From contig CACJZA010000004.1 in the NCBI GenBank assembly GCA_902597795.1, positions 26,409 to 90,408 of the forward strand: 64,000 bases of DNA, in the 5' to 3' direction. Below are positions 26,220-36,258 of the stretch, in pieces (position 1 is the first letter of the stretch; the number at the start of each line of letters is the position of its first letter). Source of the stretch: an uncultured Alphaproteobacteria bacterium (GTDB lineage Bacteria; Pseudomonadota; Alphaproteobacteria; HIMB59; GCA-002718135). A model generated the notes under the pieces. That model searched no databases and was not told the DNA's origin. It saw only the letters and a program-made list of their open reading frames with translations. Position numbers and translations under genes: made by a program.

Positions 26220-26969
26220 TTATCTTCTTTGGCCAAATAATTGTAGTAATAATATGAATAGATTGATGAAGTCCAAGTACAGTTTTAATGCACCCATCAA
26301 TGCTTTTTTTGATCCTATTTCTTCACTATCACCACCGTAATACATATTTTTAATATTTTGTGTATCATATGCAGTCAAACCTACAAAAACTAATACACCT
26401 ATAACTGAAATTACAAAAGCCATGAGCCCTGATTGGAAAAATATGTTAACTACACTTGCTATAATTACACCAATTAGGCCCATAAACAAAAAACCACCAA
26501 GTTTAGTTAAATCTCTTTTGGTTGTGTATCCATAAAGACTCATTGCGCCAAAAGTACCAGCAGTAATAAAAAACACTCTTGCAATTGATTCTCCTGTAAA
26601 CTGAATGAATATTGATGCCATTGATAAACCCATTACAGAAGCAAAAATCCAAAATGTTATTTGAGCTGCAGATGACGACATTTTATTTATTCTTGCACTT
26701 AAATAAAAAACAAAACCAAGAGGTGCCAGCATTATTACCCATGCTAGCCCTGAGTTAAAAAGCGCATTACCAAGGGGGGTTAAAACTACACCTTGTGGTA
26801 AATAAGCTTCAACTGATGCTTTTCCAAAAAAATATGCAATGAAACCAGTAAGAACCAAACCTGTAGTCATATAATTGTAGACTTTAAGCATATACGCTCT
26901 CAAGCCTTCATCAATTGCTGCCTGATCTACTGATTTAGTATAAGATCGTTGATTAAAGTCTAAAGCCAT
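26220..26969 (-). CDS. Bax inhibitor-1/YccA family membrane protein
   Basis: 249 aa, about seven hydrophobic helices, with N-terminal LRAYMLKVYNYM and C-terminal LKLYLDFINLF blocks typical of the BI-1/UPF0005 family. Confidence 0.8.
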   Translation of the reverse strand: MALDFNQRSYTKSVDQAAIDEGLRAYMLKVYNYMTTGLVLTGFIAYFFGKASVEAYLPQGVVLTPLGNALFNSGLAWVIMLAPLGFVFYLSARINKMSSSAAQITFWIFASVMGLSMASIFIQFTGESIARVFFITAGTFGAMSLYGYTTKRDLTKLGGFLFMGLIGVIIASVVNIFFQSGLMAFVISVIGVLVFVGLTAYDTQNIKNMYYGGDSEEIGSKKALMGALKLYLDFINLFILLLQLFGQRR

Positions 26970-27039
26970 AATTTCTCCTTTTAATTATTACTAATATCGC
27001 TATAAATCTGACAATTTCAAGGTATTTTGTAAAAATAGT

Positions 27040-28092
27040 ATGAAGTATAGAAAATTAGGAAATACAGATATTGATGTAAGTGTAATTTGTTTAGGCACTA
27101 TGACATTTGGCGAACAAAATACTCAACAAGAAGGTTTTGATCAAATGGACTATGCTGTTGAAAGAGGAATAAATTTTTTTGACACTGCAGAATTGTATGC
27201 TGTAATGCCTCGCAAAGAAACCTATGGAAAAACTGAGGAAATAGTTGGCAATTGGTTTCATGAAAAAAAAAATAGAGACAAAATAATTTTAGCATCAAAA
27301 ATAGCGTCAAAATCAGATGGTTTAGAGTGGATTAGAGAAGGATCTAAAAGTCTTGGTTTTGACAAAAAAAATATGAATGCTGCAATAGATGAAAGTCTTA
27401 AAAGATTAAAAACCGATTATATTGATTTATACCAACTTCATTGGCCTGAAAGAAAAGTACCCAAGTTTGGAGTTTTAGATTTTGAATATGATGCAAGCGA
27501 TAATGATTGGACTACAGTAGAGGAGGTTTTATATAATCTAGATCAGCTTGTTAAGGCAGGTAAGATTAGATATGCCGGTTTATCAAATGAAACACCTTGG
27601 GGTGTTATGAAATTTCTTCAAATTTCTAAAGAAAAAAAACTACCCCGTGTGATGTCAATACAGAATGTTTATAGTTTGGTTAACCGTGTATTTGATATTC
27701 ACAATTCTGAAGTTTCAATCAGAGAAAGATGTGGCTTACTTGCTTATTCACCTTTAGCAGGCGGTAGATTAAGTGGTAAATATATTGGTGGAAAAAATCC
27801 TCAAAAAGCTAGATATACCCTATGGCCACGAAGATTTTCTAGACACCATACTGAAAGAGGAGAAAGAGCAATTGAAAAATATTTTAAACTTGCTCAAAAA
27901 CATAATATTGCCCCTTCCACTTTCGCAAATGCTTTTGTGAATGATCGTCCATTTGTTACGAGTAATATAATTGGAGCTACAACAATGGATCAACTTAAAG
28001 AGAATATTGATAGCATCGATATTTCATTGTCAAAAGAACTATTAAAAGAAATTGAAGACATACACTTATCTGATCCCAACCCCTGTGTTTAA
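27040..28092 (+). CDS. NADP(H)-dependent aldo/keto reductase (Tas-like)
   Basis: 350 aa. LGTMTFG, FFDTAELY, YIDLYQLHWP and GLSNETPWG are aldo-keto reductase blocks. Confidence 0.85.
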   Translation: MKYRKLGNTDIDVSVICLGTMTFGEQNTQQEGFDQMDYAVERGINFFDTAELYAVMPRKETYGKTEEIVGNWFHEKKNRDKIILASKIASKSDGLEWIREGSKSLGFDKKNMNAAIDESLKRLKTDYIDLYQLHWPERKVPKFGVLDFEYDASDNDWTTVEEVLYNLDQLVKAGKIRYAGLSNETPWGVMKFLQISKEKKLPRVMSIQNVYSLVNRVFDIHNSEVSIRERCGLLAYSPLAGGRLSGKYIGGKNPQKARYTLWPRRFSRHHTERGERAIEKYFKLAQKHNIAPSTFANAFVNDRPFVTSNIIGATTMDQLKENIDSIDISLSKELLKEIEDIHLSDPNPCV

Positions 28093-28096
28093 CCTT

Positions 28097-28972
28097 TTAT
28101 ATTTTTATTTTATCTAACAACCCTCGAACATTTTCAACATAGCTTTTATCCCATAAATAGACGTTTAATAATGAATAATACAATTGATAAACTGGTTCAT
28201 AATTTAAGTAATATTTATCAATATTAATATGATCATTATATTTATCTAAAAAATTCCTATCAATAAACTTAGGATTAAACCATCTCAAATAGGATACTTC
28301 TAACTCATTATGACCATAAAAAGATCCTGGATCAATAAAACCTGAAAACTTTTTATTTTTGAAAAGTATATTTCCTTCCCATAAATCACCATGTAAAAGT
28401 GATGGTTTTGGTTTGTTCGGAATGAAATTATCTATTTTTTTTAATAGTAGTTTAATTTTTGTATTTATTACCTTATCCATTGGTTGATTTTTATTAATCA
28501 AATCAAATATGTAATACAATCTTTTATCTCGATAGAACTCTACCCAATTTTTTGAGTTAGAATTTGACTGCTTTAGTCCACCAATTTGAGTATCAAATTT
28601 AAATCCATAATTATTACCCCTTTTAGAATGAAGTGAAATTATAGCACCTAATAAATCATCATTAGTCTTAATTGGTAGATTATTATTGTTATCTATGAAT
28701 GACATTATAAGAAATTTATTATTTTTATTAATAATTTTTGGAAAAAAATTGAACTTATGATTACTTAAAAAAAGAATATTATCAGCTTCAGATTTTATTG
28801 CATTGAACCTACTCTCTTTTTTGTAATAATATTTTACAATATATCGCTCTTTATCTTCTGTCTCAATTTTCAAACAATTTATTCCAAAAGAGTCAGATAA
28901 AATATTGTAATATACAATTTTTTTATTATCTAGAAGTTTTTCTATTTCTAAAATGATACTATTCTTAACCAT
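28097..28972 (-). CDS. fructosamine/ketosamine-3-kinase family protein
   Basis: 291 aa. LLHGDLWEGN catalytic-loop motif and FIDPGSFYGHNE. Confidence 0.8.
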   Translation of the reverse strand: MVKNSIILEIEKLLDNKKIVYYNILSDSFGINCLKIETEDKERYIVKYYYKKESRFNAIKSEADNILFLSNHKFNFFPKIINKNNKFLIMSFIDNNNNLPIKTNDDLLGAIISLHSKRGNNYGFKFDTQIGGLKQSNSNSKNWVEFYRDKRLYYIFDLINKNQPMDKVINTKIKLLLKKIDNFIPNKPKPSLLHGDLWEGNILFKNKKFSGFIDPGSFYGHNELEVSYLRWFNPKFIDRNFLDKYNDHINIDKYYLNYEPVYQLYYSLLNVYLWDKSYVENVRGLLDKIKI

Positions 28973-28977
28973 AATAA

Positions 28978-29415
28978 ATGTTCAAAAAAATTAATATACA
29001 ATTCCTAATTTCATATTTTGGGTTAATACCATACGCTGTAGTATTCTTAGATAAATATTATTTTTTGAAAATTAAAGAAGAGATTTTATTAAATTTTATT
29101 ACTTATTACAGTTTAATAATCATTGTTTTTATTGGATCAATTAACTGGAATTTAAAAAATAATCCACCTATACACATTGTAGTTTATGGTTTTCTACCAA
29201 GCTTATTCTCAGTTATTATAATAATATTAAATCTTTATAATATTAATATTTTAATAATATTTATTTTAATAATTCTACTGTTGTTAACACAATTATTTTT
29301 TGACTATATCATTATATTTTCTAACGAATTAAATAAAAACGCCTTTTATTTTCTAAGATTGCCATTAACAATATTTATTGGTATATTTTTGTTACTTATT
29401 TTATCGTACAATTAA
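28978..29415 (+). CDS. small integral membrane protein (DUF3429-like, tentative)
   Basis: 145 aa with four hydrophobic segments. The family assignment is from memory only. Confidence 0.4.
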   Translation: MFKKINIQFLISYFGLIPYAVVFLDKYYFLKIKEEILLNFITYYSLIIIVFIGSINWNLKNNPPIHIVVYGFLPSLFSVIIIILNLYNINILIIFILIILLLLTQLFFDYIIIFSNELNKNAFYFLRLPLTIFIGIFLLLILSYN

Positions 29416-30391
29416 TAAAACCAATTTTCTTTTTTGCATGATTCTTAAGATTAAAGTCTTCCTTTCTTTGTAAGTTTCTTAATTCACTTTTATTCATTAT
29501 TTTTAATTTTTTAAAAATATTCATTATAGTGATTGGTATTGCTCTTTCATTACCATCTGTTACTTTCACTACTCCACTTATTCCCTTTTTCAAATGAGCA
29601 AACAAAAAAACACCTTCGGCCCCATGTTTACAAAATATTTTACTTTTTGAAAAATCAATTACTTTTGTATCAAAGCTTTTTGTTCCTCCAATATAATTAG
29701 GATATTTTAAAGTTGAATTAATCAGTGTTCTTGCTGCTGTTGAATATTCAAAATTGCTATTATAAGATTTAATTAAATTATTTAAGGCCTTAGATATTGA
29801 TTTTATTTGCAATGAGTATTGTGGGGCACTACAACCATCTAAAGAGAAATTTTTTTTTGATAATTTTGTCTCTGTGAACTTATTGAAAACTGTTCTAATA
29901 TTTTTTTGATGTGGATGATTGAAATCTAAATAATTTGTAATGTTATAATTATTATACAGACAGCTTGTTAACATAGCTAAGTGTTTACCAGCACAATTGT
30001 TATGTAGCTCATTAAATTTCTTTCGAGAATATGTTATTTTTTCTGAGGCTGTTTTATCTAATGGTCCATGAATACCGCATTGTAAATTTTTTGTTTTTAA
30101 TTTTATTTTTGAAATCCATTTTTTTAGTTCACTTATATGAAATTCCTCTCCTCTGTGAGAAGCACACGCTAAAGCTATGTGTTTACCGTTTAATTTATAT
30201 TTTTTGACTGCACCTGAAATTGCGAGAGGAATAGCTTGAAATATTTTAATTGAGGATCGAGGAAAAAAAAAATCATTATCATTATTTGTAGATAACAAAA
30301 TTCTACCATCAATATTTGTTACTAATGCTTTAACCTGATGAGTACTCTCAATTCTTTTACCTCTAATAAAATCAACGTGAATTTTGGACAC
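29396..30391 (-). CDS. asparaginase II family protein (Rhizobium-type L-asparaginase)
   Basis: 331 aa. RSSIKIFQAIP, ACASHRGE and NNCAGKH blocks fit the asparaginase_II family. Confidence 0.7.
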   Translation of the reverse strand: MSKIHVDFIRGKRIESTHQVKALVTNIDGRILLSTNNDNDFFFPRSSIKIFQAIPLAISGAVKKYKLNGKHIALACASHRGEEFHISELKKWISKIKLKTKNLQCGIHGPLDKTASEKITYSRKKFNELHNNCAGKHLAMLTSCLYNNYNITNYLDFNHPHQKNIRTVFNKFTETKLSKKNFSLDGCSAPQYSLQIKSISKALNNLIKSYNSNFEYSTAARTLINSTLKYPNYIGGTKSFDTKVIDFSKSKIFCKHGAEGVFLFAHLKKGISGVVKVTDGNERAIPITIMNIFKKLKIMNKSELRNLQRKEDFNLKNHAKKKIGFINCTIK

Positions 30392-30415
30392 GCTTAGAGT
30401 TATACAATAATGAAA

Positions 30416-31045
30416 TTATTTTGGCTTAAAAAAAGATTTAATAAATGTAAATAAATTTAAGACAGATCCGTATTTACCAAAGAAAATGACATCTTTTTCG
30501 GTAATACTTAGACATACACAGCCAGTATCTCTTGATGCGATAGGTGTATGTTTTATTTTTTGGTCATTTATTTGAATATCTCCTTTAGAGTATTCACCAT
30601 ATTCATCGCAGAAACTGCCTTCCAAAACTAATATGTACTCTTTTCCACCATGGGAGTGAAGTGGTACAGAAACTCCAGGGTCCATTTTAATTAATTTTAA
30701 TTCGTCTTTATCGTCAATGGTTGCAGTGTACTCTTTAAAACCTTTATAAACTTGTTTCCAATTTAAATTGTCAAGTTTACCAAAGAAGCTAGTTATTGGG
30801 TCATTTGCGTTTGAAGTAGATTTAGTATTTGCACTATTAATGCAGTCTGTATACTTCAAGTTTTTAGGATGAATGTTTTCGTTATCCATTAGATTTTCAC
30901 CCAACATATTTTCAAAAGTACTGCTAATTTTAGAGGCATTTGAATTTAGTTGTAGATATGTTGAGGCAAAAAGTGACTTTGCTGGACCTAATACTCCAGA
31001 TGCAAAATCGAATATAAGTTGGTTTTTTACTAATGTTCCGTTCAT
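30416..31045 (-). CDS. chrR: ChrR-family anti-sigma factor (cupin C-terminal domain)
   Basis: 209 aa with a 4-nt overlap with the upstream ECF sigma gene. The N-terminal LIFDFASGVL helix resembles the anti-sigma domain. The C-terminal cupin has VPLHSHGGKEYILVLEG ... IKHTP. Confidence 0.65.
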   Translation of the reverse strand: MNGTLVKNQLIFDFASGVLGPAKSLFASTYLQLNSNASKISSTFENMLGENLMDNENIHPKNLKYTDCINSANTKSTSNANDPITSFFGKLDNLNWKQVYKGFKEYTATIDDKDELKLIKMDPGVSVPLHSHGGKEYILVLEGSFCDEYGEYSKGDIQINDQKIKHTPIASRDTGCVCLSITEKDVIFFGKYGSVLNLFTFIKSFFKPK

Positions 31046-31578
31046 CTTAAAAATCTCTGCATTTTGGTTAAAATATGCCTTATTCTAGATTTAACTGTGC
31101 CTAAAGGAATTTCAAGCTCATCTGCTATTTTTTTATGACTTTTATTTTCAAAGAAGTTCATTTTTATCATTATTTTTTGCTGTTCATCCAGTTCATCATT
31201 TATTCTCTCTATCTGTTTTTTTGCTTCACTTTCCTCTATCGGATCCACTTGTCTATTTTGATATAAAAACTCTCTTATGTCCTCTTCTTTGAAATCTAAT
31301 TTCGAATTTTTCCTGAAAAAGTCAATTTTTTTGTTTCTTGCTATAGTAAATATCCATGTTGAGAGAGCTGATTTTTCTGAATTATACAGATCTGATTTTG
31401 ACCAAACGGTGCTTAAAACCTCTTGTGTTAGTTCTTCAGATCTTTCAAATTTGATACCATTTTGAATAAAATAGGCATTAACTTTAGGAGCAAAAATATC
31501 AAAAACTTCTGAAAAGGCCATTTCGTCGCGGTCTTTTTGGATCCTACACATCAAGTTATTAAAAACTGATTTTTTCAT
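31042..31578 (-). CDS. rpoE: ECF-type RNA polymerase sigma factor (RpoE/SigE group)
   Basis: 178 aa. It has a region 2 block (LTQEVLSTVWSK ... STWIFTIARNKKIDFFRK) and a region 4 HTH (KSHKKIADELEIPLGTVKSRI). Confidence 0.85.
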   Translation of the reverse strand: MKKSVFNNLMCRIQKDRDEMAFSEVFDIFAPKVNAYFIQNGIKFERSEELTQEVLSTVWSKSDLYNSEKSALSTWIFTIARNKKIDFFRKNSKLDFKEEDIREFLYQNRQVDPIEESEAKKQIERINDELDEQQKIMIKMNFFENKSHKKIADELEIPLGTVKSRIRHILTKMQRFLR

Positions 31579-31650
31579 AATTTAAAAAGGCTCTAACATT
31601 GTTCAAACTATCTTAACTAATTGCATAAGATATACTAAAAGAAGTAATTG

Positions 31651-32121
31651 ATGAAAATTTTTATTAAGTTTTTAATAGTGCTATATGTAGCACTGCCTAG
31701 TAATCTAACAGCTTTAGAGGTTGGAAAATGGTCTTTTGAGAAGACTGATGATTATTGTTATATCGGAAGCTTAGCAACAGACACTGATTTACAACCAGGA
31801 AAGAAAAGAGGTAACTATTACATACTTGTTTATAAAAATATTGGTAACCCAGAGACAGTAATACAAATCGAGGCTGGCTATAATTATAAATATCCTTCGG
31901 ATATTATAGTAGATATCGATAAGGGAAAATATGAATTTTATACAACAGAAGAATTACCAACAGCAGCATGGACAGATGAAGATAGCAAAGTTATTTTTGC
32001 CATGAAAAAAGGATTAAAGCTAAAAGTTATGGGAGAATCATCAAGGGGCACTATAACTAATGATACATATACACTTAATGGATTTACGGCAGCTTACAAT
32101 AGATTAAAAGAAGAATGTTAA
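31651..32121 (+). CDS. secreted/periplasmic protein of unknown function (IalB-like, tentative)
   Basis: The ORF track starts at a TTG at 31648, with the ATG at 31651. It has a signal-peptide-like N-terminus (MKIFIKFLIVLYVALPSNLTALE). The Cys near the N-terminus, the terminal Cys and the LNGFTAAYNRL block recall the IalB family. Confidence 0.35.
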   Translation: MKIFIKFLIVLYVALPSNLTALEVGKWSFEKTDDYCYIGSLATDTDLQPGKKRGNYYILVYKNIGNPETVIQIEAGYNYKYPSDIIVDIDKGKYEFYTTEELPTAAWTDEDSKVIFAMKKGLKLKVMGESSRGTITNDTYTLNGFTAAYNRLKEEC

Positions 32122-33312
32122 ATGCCTAAAAAAATTGTTTTAGCTTATTCTGGAGGATTAGATACAAGTGTCATTCTTAAATGGCTTCAAAATAAATATA
32201 ACTGTCCAGTAGTAACTTTCACAGCTGATATTGGTCAAGGAGATGAATTATCATCAATTCAAACTAAGGCAAAAAATTTAGGAGTAAAAGAAATTTTTAT
32301 TGAAAATTTACAAGAAGAATTCATAAAGGATTATGTTTTTCCAATGTTTAGAGCAAACGCTCTTTATGAAGGAACTTATTTATTAGGAACAGCTATTGCG
32401 CGACCTTTGATAGCAAAAAGACAAATTGAAATTGCAAAAATTGTCGGTGCAGATGCTGTTGCTCATGGGGCAACAGGAAAGGGGAACGATCAAGTTAGAT
32501 TTGAGCTTGGTTACTATGCTAACGAACCAAAAATTGAAGTTATAGCACCTTGGAGAGATTGGGATTTCAAAAGTAGAAATGAGTTAATTGAATACGCAGA
32601 AAAAAATCAAATCATTGTTCCAAAAGATAAAATGGGTGAACCTCCATTTAGTACTGACTCAAATCTTTTACATACTTCTTCTGAAGGAAAGCTTCTTGAA
32701 GATCCATGGGTTGAGCCACCTGAATATGTATTTTCAAGAACAAGAAGCATTGAAAATTCATCAAATGAATCAGAAATACTAACAATAAGTTTCAAAAAAG
32801 GTGATCCAGTTGCAATTAACAATGTAAATTTAAAACCCCATGAGATTTTGGAAACTTTAAATTCTATTGCTGGAAAACATGGAGTAGGAAGAATAGATCT
32901 TGTTGAAAATAGATTTGTTGGTATGAAATCACGAGGAATTTATGAAACTCCCGGTGGTACGATTCTATTGAATGCTAGAAGAGCAATAGAGAGTATAACA
33001 TTAGACAAGGGTGAAGCACATCTTAAGGATGAGATAATGCCTAAATACGCAGAAATAGTTTACAACGGTTTATGGTTTTCTTCAGAAAGATATGCAATGC
33101 AAAGATTGATTGATTCAACTCAAGAAAAGGTAAATGGCGAAGTTAGACTTAAAATTTACAAAGGAAATGTTATAACTTTAGGTCGTAAATCAAGTAACAG
33201 TCTTTATGATAACTCACTTGTATCCTTTGATGAAGCTGGAGACTATAATCAAAAAGATGCTGAAGGTTTTATAAAAATAAACTCAATTAGATTAAAAAAA
33301 AATAATAAATAG
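32122..33312 (+). CDS. argG: argininosuccinate synthase
   Basis: 396 aa. [11 protein letters not shown]-loop, [13 protein letters not shown], and the [18 protein letters not shown] block. Confidence 0.95.
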   Translation: MPKKIVLAYSGGLDTSVILKWLQNKYNCPVVTFTADIGQGDELSSIQTKAKNLGVKEIFIENLQEEFIKDYVFPMFRANALYEGTYLLGTAIARPLIAKRQIEIAKIVGADAVAHGATGKGNDQVRFELGYYANEPKIEVIAPWRDWDFKSRNELIEYAEKNQIIVPKDKMGEPPFSTDSNLLHTSSEGKLLEDPWVEPPEYVFSRTRSIENSSNESEILTISFKKGDPVAINNVNLKPHEILETLNSIAGKHGVGRIDLVENRFVGMKSRGIYETPGGTILLNARRAIESITLDKGEAHLKDEIMPKYAEIVYNGLWFSSERYAMQRLIDSTQEKVNGEVRLKIYKGNVITLGRKSSNSLYDNSLVSFDEAGDYNQKDAEGFIKINSIRLKKNNK

Positions 33313-33315
33313 TTT

Positions 33316-34167
33316 ATGGGTTATGGAGATGACTTAATGGTAACCGCATTAGCTGCAAGAGTTAAAAAACAATTTTCAGAAAGGCAAATAATAATTGGTA
33401 ATTCAAACGAAAACACTGCCTTTCATTCCCCTATTTATGATAACAATCCAAACATTGCTGATTGTAGAAATCTAAAAAAAAATAAACCTATTCATCTTAT
33501 TAATTATAACCCTTCTAACCGTCCTTATATCGATTACAATAAAAGTACTAAAAGTAAATATGTTTGGAGAAAATTTAAACCTGAACCCGGTCAAATTTTT
33601 TTTACTAAAAAAGAAAAATCAGATGCAAAAAAAATAATATCTCAGGCTCTTGAATTTTGGAATAATAATAATAATAAAAATTATAAAAATATTATTTTTA
33701 TAGAAACATCTTCTACAAAAATCCACGATAGGCAGTTTAGTATTAAACATCAAAATAAAGATTGGGGTCATGAAAATTGGAATAAACTTATAGATATTCT
33801 TAGAAAAGATAACTTAATAATTCAATCAATTCATAAGAAAAGTAACAAAAATTTATCTGTCTTTTGCCCAGAAAATATGAATTTCCGTCTTGCATGTGCA
33901 GTTTTAAATGAAGCAGATTTTTATGTTGGTCCTGAAGGGGGGTTTGGACATGTTGCAGCAGCTTTAAATAAAAAAGCAGTTTTATATTTTGGCGGTTGGA
34001 TTACTCCAGAAGCGATTGGTTATGATTTTCATGAAAACATATATTATGAAAATGATTTATCTCCATGTGGAGAATATAAAAAACTTTGTAATCATTGTGA
34101 TGACGCCAGAAAAGTTATCTCAGTAGATGTTTTTTTGAAATATATTGAAAAAATTACCTCTAGTTAA
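33316..34167 (+). CDS. GT9 (heptosyltransferase)-like glycosyltransferase-fold protein
   Basis: 283 aa. N-terminal MGYGDDLMVTALA and C-terminal FYVGPEGGFGHVAAALNKKAVLYFG resemble the GT9 signature blocks. It is related in pattern to the C-terminal domains of the 22589-26159 proteins. Confidence 0.45.
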   Translation: MGYGDDLMVTALAARVKKQFSERQIIIGNSNENTAFHSPIYDNNPNIADCRNLKKNKPIHLINYNPSNRPYIDYNKSTKSKYVWRKFKPEPGQIFFTKKEKSDAKKIISQALEFWNNNNNKNYKNIIFIETSSTKIHDRQFSIKHQNKDWGHENWNKLIDILRKDNLIIQSIHKKSNKNLSVFCPENMNFRLACAVLNEADFYVGPEGGFGHVAAALNKKAVLYFGGWITPEAIGYDFHENIYYENDLSPCGEYKKLCNHCDDARKVISVDVFLKYIEKITSS

Positions 34168-35041
34168 TAGATAATTTGTTTTTACATGAAATAGTTGTAT
34201 TTCTTAAAAGGCAAGCAATAGTCATTGGACCTACACCTCCAGGTACTGGAGATATTGCACTTACCTTATTTTCTACATCGCTAAATAAGACATCCCCAAC
34301 TAGTTTTGATTTTTCTTCATTTATTTTGACTCTATTTATACCAACATCAATAATAATTGCCCCTTCCTTTACCCAATCTTTATTTATGAATTCAGGTTTT
34401 CCAATAGCAGCAATTAGAATATCAGCTTTTTTGCAAATACTTTCAATATCTACAGTTTTAGAATGCACTGTTGTTACGGTACAAGATTCTTTTAATAATA
34501 ATTGAGCCATTGGTTTTCCAACTATATTAGATCTTCCTATTACAACTGCATTTTTGCCAGCTAAATCTATCCCAAGTTCTCTAAGAAGCATTAGACAACC
34601 ATAAGGGGTACAAGGTATCATTAAATTTTCATCATTCTTGTTACTTATTGAAAGTTTACCAACATTTAAGGGATGAAAACCATCAGCATCTTTTTCTGGT
34701 ATTATGCAATTTAACACTGCTTCTTCATTTATTGTTTTTGGTAAAGGTAGTTGAACAAGAATGCCATCAACATCTCCATTGCTATTTAATTGACTAATTA
34801 AATTGATTAAATCATTCTGATCTGTTGTTTCCTCTAGATGATGATCAAAAACATTAATTCCCACTTCTTTTGCAGCTTTTGTTTTGGCTTTAACATAGAC
34901 ACTACTTGCCGCAACATTTCCTACTTGAACTACAGCCAATCCAGGAACACGATTAAATTTTGATTTAATATTTTCAATTTCAATTTTAAGCTCATCTTTC
35001 AGTTTTTGTGCAACTTTTTTTCCATCTAAAATTTGAGACAT
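34160..35041 (-). CDS. folD: bifunctional methylenetetrahydrofolate dehydrogenase/methenyl-THF cyclohydrolase
   Basis: 293 aa. ILDGK start, YVKAK, VQLPLP, GRSNIVGKP and PVPGGVGPMT blocks. Confidence 0.95.
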   Translation of the reverse strand: MSQILDGKKVAQKLKDELKIEIENIKSKFNRVPGLAVVQVGNVAASSVYVKAKTKAAKEVGINVFDHHLEETTDQNDLINLISQLNSNGDVDGILVQLPLPKTINEEAVLNCIIPEKDADGFHPLNVGKLSISNKNDENLMIPCTPYGCLMLLRELGIDLAGKNAVVIGRSNIVGKPMAQLLLKESCTVTTVHSKTVDIESICKKADILIAAIGKPEFINKDWVKEGAIIIDVGINRVKINEEKSKLVGDVLFSDVENKVSAISPVPGGVGPMTIACLLRNTTISCKNKLSIN

Positions 35042-35043
35042 AA

Positions 35044-35325
35044 CTATCTAGGCCAATACTCAATTAATAAACTTTTTATAAACCACAAGCCTAGATAAAC
35101 AACTATCGGTGATAAATCTATTGCACCAAAAGTAGGTATGTATCTTCTTACAAAATTTAAACTTGGTTCACATAATCGATATAAAGCATCAAGTATGCTA
35201 TAAACAAATCGATTACCTGTATTAATTATATTAAAGTTTACTAGCCACGTTAAGATTATGTAAACTATAAGAACAAATTGGAATAAGTTTATAATTTGAA
35301 TAATTAAATATAAAAGTGAGTTCAT
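35044..35325 (-). CDS. YggT-family membrane protein
   Basis: 93 aa with two TM segments. The ILTWL ... L.EP...P.R...P..G.iDlSP pattern (LCEPSLNFVRRYIPTFGAIDLSPIV) is typical of YggT. Confidence 0.75.
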   Translation of the reverse strand: MNSLLYLIIQIINLFQFVLIVYIILTWLVNFNIINTGNRFVYSILDALYRLCEPSLNFVRRYIPTFGAIDLSPIVVYLGLWFIKSLLIEYWPR

Positions 35326-35375
35326 TATAAAATTTTTATTTAATTTACATTATGCATTATGGCTTTAATTTAATC

Positions 35376-35410
35376 AAAAAAAAAGCGGTCTCTAGAACCG
35401 CTTTTTATTA
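35376..35410. terminator. bidirectional rho-independent terminator
   Basis: AAAAAAAAAGCGGT-CTCTAGA-ACCGCTTTTT: a GC core stem GCGGT/ACCGC extended by A/T pairs, with T-runs on both strands. It sits 15 nt downstream of the binding-protein gene stop. Confidence 0.55.
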
Positions 35411-35424
35411 AAATAAAATTAGCT

Positions 35425-36258
35425 TTACATTGAGATATCTCTACCAAACCACTCTTTAGTTATTTCAGCAGTGGTTCCATCTTTAGACATTTCTGCAATA
35501 GCAGCATTCCACATCTCCAATATACCTGTATCTTCTTTTCTAACTGCTCCGCCAACACCATCGCCGAAGACTCCACCAGAAAAAGTTGGGCCTGTAAATG
35601 CAACATCAACACCACCATCAGATTCCATAAAATCAATAATTGATCCTACATCAGCTAGAACTGCATCACATCTTCCAGCAGCTAAATCTAAATTATGATC
35701 ATCAACAGCTTGATATAGTTTTACATCAACTGCACCAGACATGTGTTTTTCTAAGAAATTTTGGTGAATTGTTGAAGATTGAACACAGACAGTTTTACCA
35801 TCCATTGCGGCAATTAATTGGCCTATTGCAGCTTGTTCTTTTCCACCTGCATTATTAAGATTAACTTTAGCCATACCAGCAATATTTAAATTTGCTAAAC
35901 CACTATTTTTTAAAACAGCGAATCTTGCTCCATCAGTCATATACCCAGTTGTAAAATTAACTTTTTCTTTTCTTTCTTCGGTAATAGACATTCCAGCAAT
36001 AATAATGTCGTATTTTCCTTGAAGAAGGGCAGGTATTATACCATCCCAATCTTGAGTTACCCACTCACAAGTAACACCCATTCTTTTGCAAGCTTCATTA
36101 CCAAAGTCTATCTCCGCACCCTCTAGTTCACCAGCTGAGTTCAGATTATTCCATGGTGGATAAGCACCTTCTGTACCAATTCTTATTGTTTGTGAATTTG
36201 CAATTGAAGCAACTCCAAAAACACCAATTGATAATAAATATATTAAAATTTTTTTCAC
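35425..36258 (-). CDS. ABC transporter periplasmic substrate-binding protein, family 3 (polar amino acid/opine type)
   Basis: 277 aa with a signal peptide (MKKILIYLLSIGVFGVASIANS). The blocks IRIGTEGAYPPWN and DIIIAGMSITEERK are typical of LAO/His/octopine binding proteins. It has a GTG start preceded by AAGGAGGAAAC. Confidence 0.8.
   Translation of the reverse strand: MKKILIYLLSIGVFGVASIANSQTIRIGTEGAYPPWNNLNSAGELEGAEIDFGNEACKRMGVTCEWVTQDWDGIIPALLQGKYDIIIAGMSITEERKEKVNFTTGYMTDGARFAVLKNSGLANLNIAGMAKVNLNNAGGKEQAAIGQLIAAMDGKTVCVQSSTIHQNFLEKHMSGAVDVKLYQAVDDHNLDLAAGRCDAVLADVGSIIDFMESDGGVDVAFTGPTFSGGVFGDGVGGAVRKEDTGILEMWNAAIAEMSKDGTTAEITKEWFGRDISM

Noticed and set aside
31579-31647. ECF sigma autoregulatory promoter upstream of rpoE-chrR (a TGAAC-like -35 on the minus strand)
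   Set aside because: Only a single pentamer resembles an ECF -35 element, and I could not identify a convincing -10 element at the right spacing. This is not supportable by eye.
35471-35858. Two overlapping plus-strand ORFs (75 and 72 aa) opposite the binding-protein gene
   Set aside because: They are an artefact of the locally higher GC content of a highly expressed gene. The minus-strand product has a signal peptide and clear family-3 binding-protein motifs.
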